From positions 128,001 through 192,000 of the forward strand of contig JAHLWR010000004.1 of NCBI GenBank assembly GCA_019057815.1: a stretch of 64,000 nucleotides of DNA, read 5' to 3'. Source of the DNA: Candidatus Heimdallarchaeota archaeon (GTDB lineage Archaea; Asgardarchaeota; Heimdallarchaeia; Heimdallarchaeales; Heimdallarchaeaceae). The notes beneath the pieces were generated by a model that did no database searches, was not told the origin of the DNA, and saw only the letters and a program-made list of their open reading frames with translations. Positions 59,496 to 64,000 of this stretch are shown piece by piece. The stretch's first letter is position 1; each line of letters opens with the position of its first letter. Made by a program: the position numbers and the translations under genes.

Positions 59496-61325
59496 ATGAA
59501 AAATGAGCATATGAATAATGTTCTTCTACGAATAAATTTAACAACAAAAGAAATAACAAAGGAAACCATCCCTGATGCGGTTGTTTATAGTTACATGGGG
59601 GGAACGGGATATATTACTTATTTTCTCTACAAAGAATTGCTACCTAAAATAGATCCCCTTTCATCAGAGAACAAAATCATTATAGCTCCAGGACCTATAC
59701 AAGGGACCAAGATTCCTATTTCAGGAAGATATGCGATGGGGACAAAGAGTCCTTTGACAGGTTTATACCTAGACAGTAATGTTGGTGGATTTCTGGGTCC
59801 TGAAATAAGATTTGCTGGTTACGATCTAATTATAATTGAAGGAAAATCTGAATCTCCAGTCTACCTTTCTGTTAGAAATGATAAAGTAGAGATAAAAGAT
59901 GCAAAGCATCTATGGGGAAAGTTTGTTCGTGAAACAGAGAGAATAATAAGAAACATAGAAGAAGAACCTAAAATGAGAGTTCTAACTATTGGTCCAGCAG
60001 GAGAAAATCTGGTTAAATTCGCTTGCACAACATCTGATAGTTATCGAAACGCGGGAAGAGGTGGTCTAGGAGCTGTTTTTGGTTCGAAAAACCTCAAAGC
60101 TGTAGCTATTAAAGGTTCTACTCGACCATCAAATGGTAATCAAGAACAGATAGAGGAAGTAAAGAAAGATTTAATCCAAAGAGCAAGAACAGCAAAAGAA
60201 TCAGGAAATCTGATATATAAACATGGAACAAGTTGGTTTGTAGGCATTTCCAACCAGTTCTCTCAATTTCCAACCAAAAATTTTCAGTCAGGAGAGTTTG
60301 AAGACTATGAGAAAATCAATCATGAAACGATAGCTGAAAAATATAAAAGGTTTAGAAGACCTTGTTTTCAATGTCCTATAGGTTGTTCAGAAACTCTGGA
60401 CGCTTCAGCTTTTGAATGGACAGATGAAAAAGAAATAGCTAAACCTGAGTATGAAACTCTAGCAATGTTAGGTGGAAATTGTGGAATTAATAATGTTGAA
60501 ACAATTATCCATGCGAATTATTTGTGTAATCAAATGGGCATAGATACTATAAGTATAGGTAGTATTATAGCTATGACAATGGAAGCAAAAGAAAAAGGTT
60601 TTGTAGAAGGAGAAGAGTTTAACGATGTTGAATTCGGCAATTCAGATAAGTTGCTCGAACTAATAAAGAAGATAGCTTATCGAGAAGGCTTGGGAGACTT
60701 TCTAGCTGAAGGGGTTTCTACAGTTGCTAAAGAATGGGGAACAGAACATTTTGCTATTCATTCAAAGGGTTTGCCATTCGCAGCATGGGATCCTAGAGGA
60801 AAACTAGGACTTGGATTAAGTTATGCTACAGCGGCTGTTGGTGCGAGTCATCTAAGAGGATGGCCATCAACTGCTGATGTACCAAACAAAAGCGCAGAAC
60901 CTGTGATTAAATCACTGATTGAACAACAAGATTTGAAAACAATAAAGGATTGTTTGTCAATATGCCACTTTACGCACAGTATAACGCCTTCGTTAAGTTT
61001 AGACGATTGTCGGAAAATAACCTCAGCTGTATGGGACAAAGGAGTTTCCATAGAAGAATTAAGAGATATAGCTCAAAAAGTGTGGATTCTTAAAAGACTG
61101 TTTAATAGTAGAGAGTTTGAACCGAAAAAACCCAGAGAATTCGATAAACTACCACCTAGATTCATGAAAGAACCATTACCTTCAGGAAAAGCAAAAGGAT
61201 GTAAAGCTTTCATTGATGAAGAAGATTTTGAGAGATCTCTAGATTACTTCTATGAACAGAGGGGAATAGAGAAAGATGGGTATCCTAAAAAAGAGGAAAT
61301 AGAAAAGTTGGGCATCTCAATCTAA
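59496..61325 (+). CDS. aor: Tungsten aldehyde:ferredoxin oxidoreductase family
   Basis: KSPLTG, IGPAGEN, AGRGGLGAVFGSKNLKA, CFQCPIGC, PEYET, GIDTIS. Confidence 0.93.
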   Translation: MKNEHMNNVLLRINLTTKEITKETIPDAVVYSYMGGTGYITYFLYKELLPKIDPLSSENKIIIAPGPIQGTKIPISGRYAMGTKSPLTGLYLDSNVGGFLGPEIRFAGYDLIIIEGKSESPVYLSVRNDKVEIKDAKHLWGKFVRETERIIRNIEEEPKMRVLTIGPAGENLVKFACTTSDSYRNAGRGGLGAVFGSKNLKAVAIKGSTRPSNGNQEQIEEVKKDLIQRARTAKESGNLIYKHGTSWFVGISNQFSQFPTKNFQSGEFEDYEKINHETIAEKYKRFRRPCFQCPIGCSETLDASAFEWTDEKEIAKPEYETLAMLGGNCGINNVETIIHANYLCNQMGIDTISIGSIIAMTMEAKEKGFVEGEEFNDVEFGNSDKLLELIKKIAYREGLGDFLAEGVSTVAKEWGTEHFAIHSKGLPFAAWDPRGKLGLGLSYATAAVGASHLRGWPSTADVPNKSAEPVIKSLIEQQDLKTIKDCLSICHFTHSITPSLSLDDCRKITSAVWDKGVSIEELRDIAQKVWILKRLFNSREFEPKKPREFDKLPPRFMKEPLPSGKAKGCKAFIDEEDFERSLDYFYEQRGIEKDGYPKKEEIEKLGISI

Positions 61326-61495
61326 TAGAATTTCATTTATTTAATTATTGGGTTAAGAGTAAAAGAAAAGTAATAGACTTTAGGTTTAGAGCACTTTTAT
61401 TTTTAATGTCTAATATAAAAAGGATGCAAAAAAGGAAGTGTTGAAGATTTGGTTCCTTTTATTACTTCAATTCTATGCAGTTTCTAACAGCTGTT

Positions 61496-61630
61496 CTATT
61501 TTATCTTTACCTTCTTTGAGATTGTCTTAATAAGGAGGAAAGGAACAATGGAAAGTAGTAGAGTTAATAAAACGATTTGTGGATATTCTATTATTACAGG
61601 TTCTCCAAGAGGATGATATTTGAGTTTCAA
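61496..61630 (-). pseudogene. Orphan C-terminal fragment of a surface protein (sorting tail)
   Basis: Manual translation YHPLGEPVIIEYPQIVLLTLLLSIVPFLLIKTISKKVKIK*; compare YPLDEPV and SEF-TM-basic in 5611-6807. Confidence 0.55.
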
Positions 61631-61769
61631 TATTTTTTTGTACAGATTTGCTAATTGAATATTGGTAATTACTCAGCTATTATTCATTTTAAAATCCTTT
61701 TTTGAATAGGTTTCAAGATATTCTTACTTTCATTATATTTATCAATCTTCGTGTTATAGTTATGGTGTA

Positions 61770-63494
61770 ATGAGTAAGGAATACGAATCTATGCATAGAG
61801 AGTTTCTCAATCTTTCACCAAAAGAGAAAATTGACTATGTTGAAAAAATGGCTACAGAGATTGTTCTTTTGCTAAATCAGAAAAATATTGAAGTTAAAGG
61901 GTACATCGATAAAATCGGATTTTTCAAAGCTTTTGTTTCATTACTTTATCGTCTTTCAGGAGTCTATAAAAAAGAATTCTTTGACTTCTTAGTCAATGCA
62001 ATCAGAAATTTCTGGGAATCATTAGAGAGATGCTCTTCACAGAAGCTACTTTATCCTGCTCTTTCTGCATTCATGGAACTTTTTTCGCAATTAAAGGGTT
62101 TAAGTCCTTTTTACACTCTCCATGGTGTTTTGAATAATACTATAACTTATGGAGCAATCCCTTCGAAAGATGAAGTAAAAGAATTATTAGCACAAGAAAT
62201 GCAACAACTAAGTTTTCTGTTAGATTATATGCAACTTGGCTCAGTTCTACGTTTTATTGATTCGGAAGAAGATAAAGTCAATATTATCAAATCTGCTACT
62301 AACTTCTCACAAATTCTAGTATTAACATTATATAATTTCCTTGTTAACATACCTGTCCTTTCTATCGAACAATTCACAGTTTGGTGCAAGTTGTTCGAAG
62401 AATCGTTAGAAAAAGCATTTGTGATGCATGGTCACCTCAAAGAAATAAAAGAAACAGGTATAGGGCTTCTTCGTGTGAAAATCTCTGAATCCTCAATGAT
62501 AGCTCTAAAAACTCAATCTTACCTTCTAAGAGCAAGATATACTAACGAAAATGTTGATGAATTGCTTAATTATGCATATATAGAAGCATCAAAAGCTCTA
62601 CAAGAATTGGAACCATATTATAATCATATGCAATTCAGTGAAATATCTAATAGATATTACTATCAGCAGAAATCGTTACTGCTTGAAACTCGATTTTACC
62701 AGTTACTGCAAGGAGTAGTGTCTACACAATATAAGAACTCTAAATACATTGGAGACATAAAAGACGATAAAAGTGAAATAACCAAGCAAGCTGTTAGGCT
62801 TCAAGTTCAAGAGATTTTGAGGGAAATACACAATTATATAACGCTCCTTTTAGCTGAAAAAGAAATGTCAGATATAGGCATTTCAACCCATTTAATAAGC
62901 GTTTATTCAAAAATTGTTTATGGTTCATACATCTACGATTTAGCAAATGAGATAGAGATGATGGAAAATTTATCAAAAACAAGACACATAGATATAAGCG
63001 ATGCAGATCAATCTCTTTTGTTAGCGCATTACTGGTTATATCGGTGGGCTGAGACTGAAGATAATGAAATGTTGAAAACAGCTTGTAATTATTTTGAAAG
63101 AGCAACAGAGATTTTCAGTGTGATATACAACAACTCATATGTACCAATTTATGGTTACTCAATGATAACAGTGATTCATCTTATTCTAGATAACATTCCA
63201 AGGGCTGAAATGTTCATAATGAAAGCGGATGATGAGTTCAACTCAGCGAAGAATTTAATGATCATTAATGAATCAGAGAGACACTATTACGAACAATTCA
63301 GATTTCAAATAGATACAATTTTATCAGGAGAAATAGTTGAAAAACCTTTAAGATTTGAAAAAAAATTCAACCCCTTGGATATTAACACTTGGAACACAGA
63401 AAAGAAAGATTGGAGAAAGAAAATACCCGATTTTCCAGAACCTTTTCCTTTCCATCTTGAACAGTTAAAGATATTAGAATTCGAGTTTCAATAA
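61770..63494 (+). CDS. Hypothetical all-alpha (TPR-like) protein
   Basis: 574 aa; ACNYFERA and RAEMFIMKA TPR-like helices. Confidence 0.65.
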   Translation: MSKEYESMHREFLNLSPKEKIDYVEKMATEIVLLLNQKNIEVKGYIDKIGFFKAFVSLLYRLSGVYKKEFFDFLVNAIRNFWESLERCSSQKLLYPALSAFMELFSQLKGLSPFYTLHGVLNNTITYGAIPSKDEVKELLAQEMQQLSFLLDYMQLGSVLRFIDSEEDKVNIIKSATNFSQILVLTLYNFLVNIPVLSIEQFTVWCKLFEESLEKAFVMHGHLKEIKETGIGLLRVKISESSMIALKTQSYLLRARYTNENVDELLNYAYIEASKALQELEPYYNHMQFSEISNRYYYQQKSLLLETRFYQLLQGVVSTQYKNSKYIGDIKDDKSEITKQAVRLQVQEILREIHNYITLLLAEKEMSDIGISTHLISVYSKIVYGSYIYDLANEIEMMENLSKTRHIDISDADQSLLLAHYWLYRWAETEDNEMLKTACNYFERATEIFSVIYNNSYVPIYGYSMITVIHLILDNIPRAEMFIMKADDEFNSAKNLMIINESERHYYEQFRFQIDTILSGEIVEKPLRFEKKFNPLDINTWNTEKKDWRKKIPDFPEPFPFHLEQLKILEFEFQ

Positions 63495-63514
63495 ACTAAG
63501 TTAATCGAAAGAGC

Positions 63515-63886
63515 ATGAAACCTATGAAACCTTCAGAAGAAAAAAAACCTTTAATGGAGGTTTTAAACTTACGATTTATCATTGTTTTTCTGATATTAAT
63601 AATGGCTACTATCTTTCTTTTTATGTATGGAGATTACGAATACTATGCAATTATTACCATTATTTTTGCAGTTATTTATGTTTTTTATACCTACTTCAGC
63701 TCATCAAAGAAAAACAAAACTAGATATAGATCTCTAGAAGTTGAAGAAAAAGACGAGTTGAAGACTTTAGCAAAAGCCTATGGAGAAATTGTTAATGCAC
63801 AAGAGCAGACACATTATTGCAAATATTGTGGTACAAAATTGGAAGAGAAGAATAGATGTCCAGAATGTGGACAGATCACTCTGTAA
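63515..63886 (+). CDS. Two-TM protein with C-terminal zinc ribbon
   Basis: CKYCG...CPECG. Confidence 0.7.
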   Translation: MKPMKPSEEKKPLMEVLNLRFIIVFLILIMATIFLFMYGDYEYYAIITIIFAVIYVFYTYFSSSKKNKTRYRSLEVEEKDELKTLAKAYGEIVNAQEQTHYCKYCGTKLEEKNRCPECGQITL

Positions 63887-64000
63887 TCTCTGATTCTTTG
63901 ATTTCTTTACCATATTTTGGGTTGAATGTCCAAATCTCATTAAGGATGTAGTTCGTTATGACAGAAACAATGAATCCAATCGCACTAGCTAGAAGGTCAG
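63876..64000 (-). CDS. C-terminus of GtrA-family protein (partial)
   Basis: Manual translation DLLASAIGFIVSVITNYILNEIWTFNP...* shows the NYxLNxxWTF motif. Confidence 0.7.
   Translation of the reverse strand, partial: DLLASAIGFIVSVITNYILNEIWTFNPKYGKEIKESEITE

Overview
AT-rich (~30% GC), gene-dense archaeal chromosome segment, most consistent with an Asgard archaeon (Heimdallarchaeia-like). This is inferred from two longin-like proteins, a membrane RING protein, a HEAT-repeat protein, a GOLD-like membrane protein, zinc-ribbon membrane proteins, archaeal AOR and TATA-type promoters. Recognisable enzymes include glucan phosphorylase, UDP-glucose dehydrogenase, threonine aldolase, a methanogen-type seryl-tRNA synthetase, an HD phosphohydrolase, a beta-CASP nuclease, an M28 peptidase and a lysoplasmalogenase. 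Transport genes comprise one heterodimeric ABC exporter and two inverted paralogous modules, each a giant FtsX-type permease plus a tandem-NBD ATPase. No rRNA, tRNA or CRISPR array was seen; there is one IS200/IS605 remnant. The most notable items are: (1) a coiled-coil/proline-rich/WH2-like/acidic protein resembling a eukaryotic actin nucleation or elongation factor; (2) GC-rich, strand-specific structured RNA segments bracketing glgP, with 5'-3' complementarity; (3) an opine dehydrogenase plus cobalamin-dependent mutase-like operon whose ribosome-binding site lies in a hairpin; (4) an orphan type I PKS/FAS-like ketosynthase among lipid genes. All assignments come from motif recognition by eye; no searches were run.
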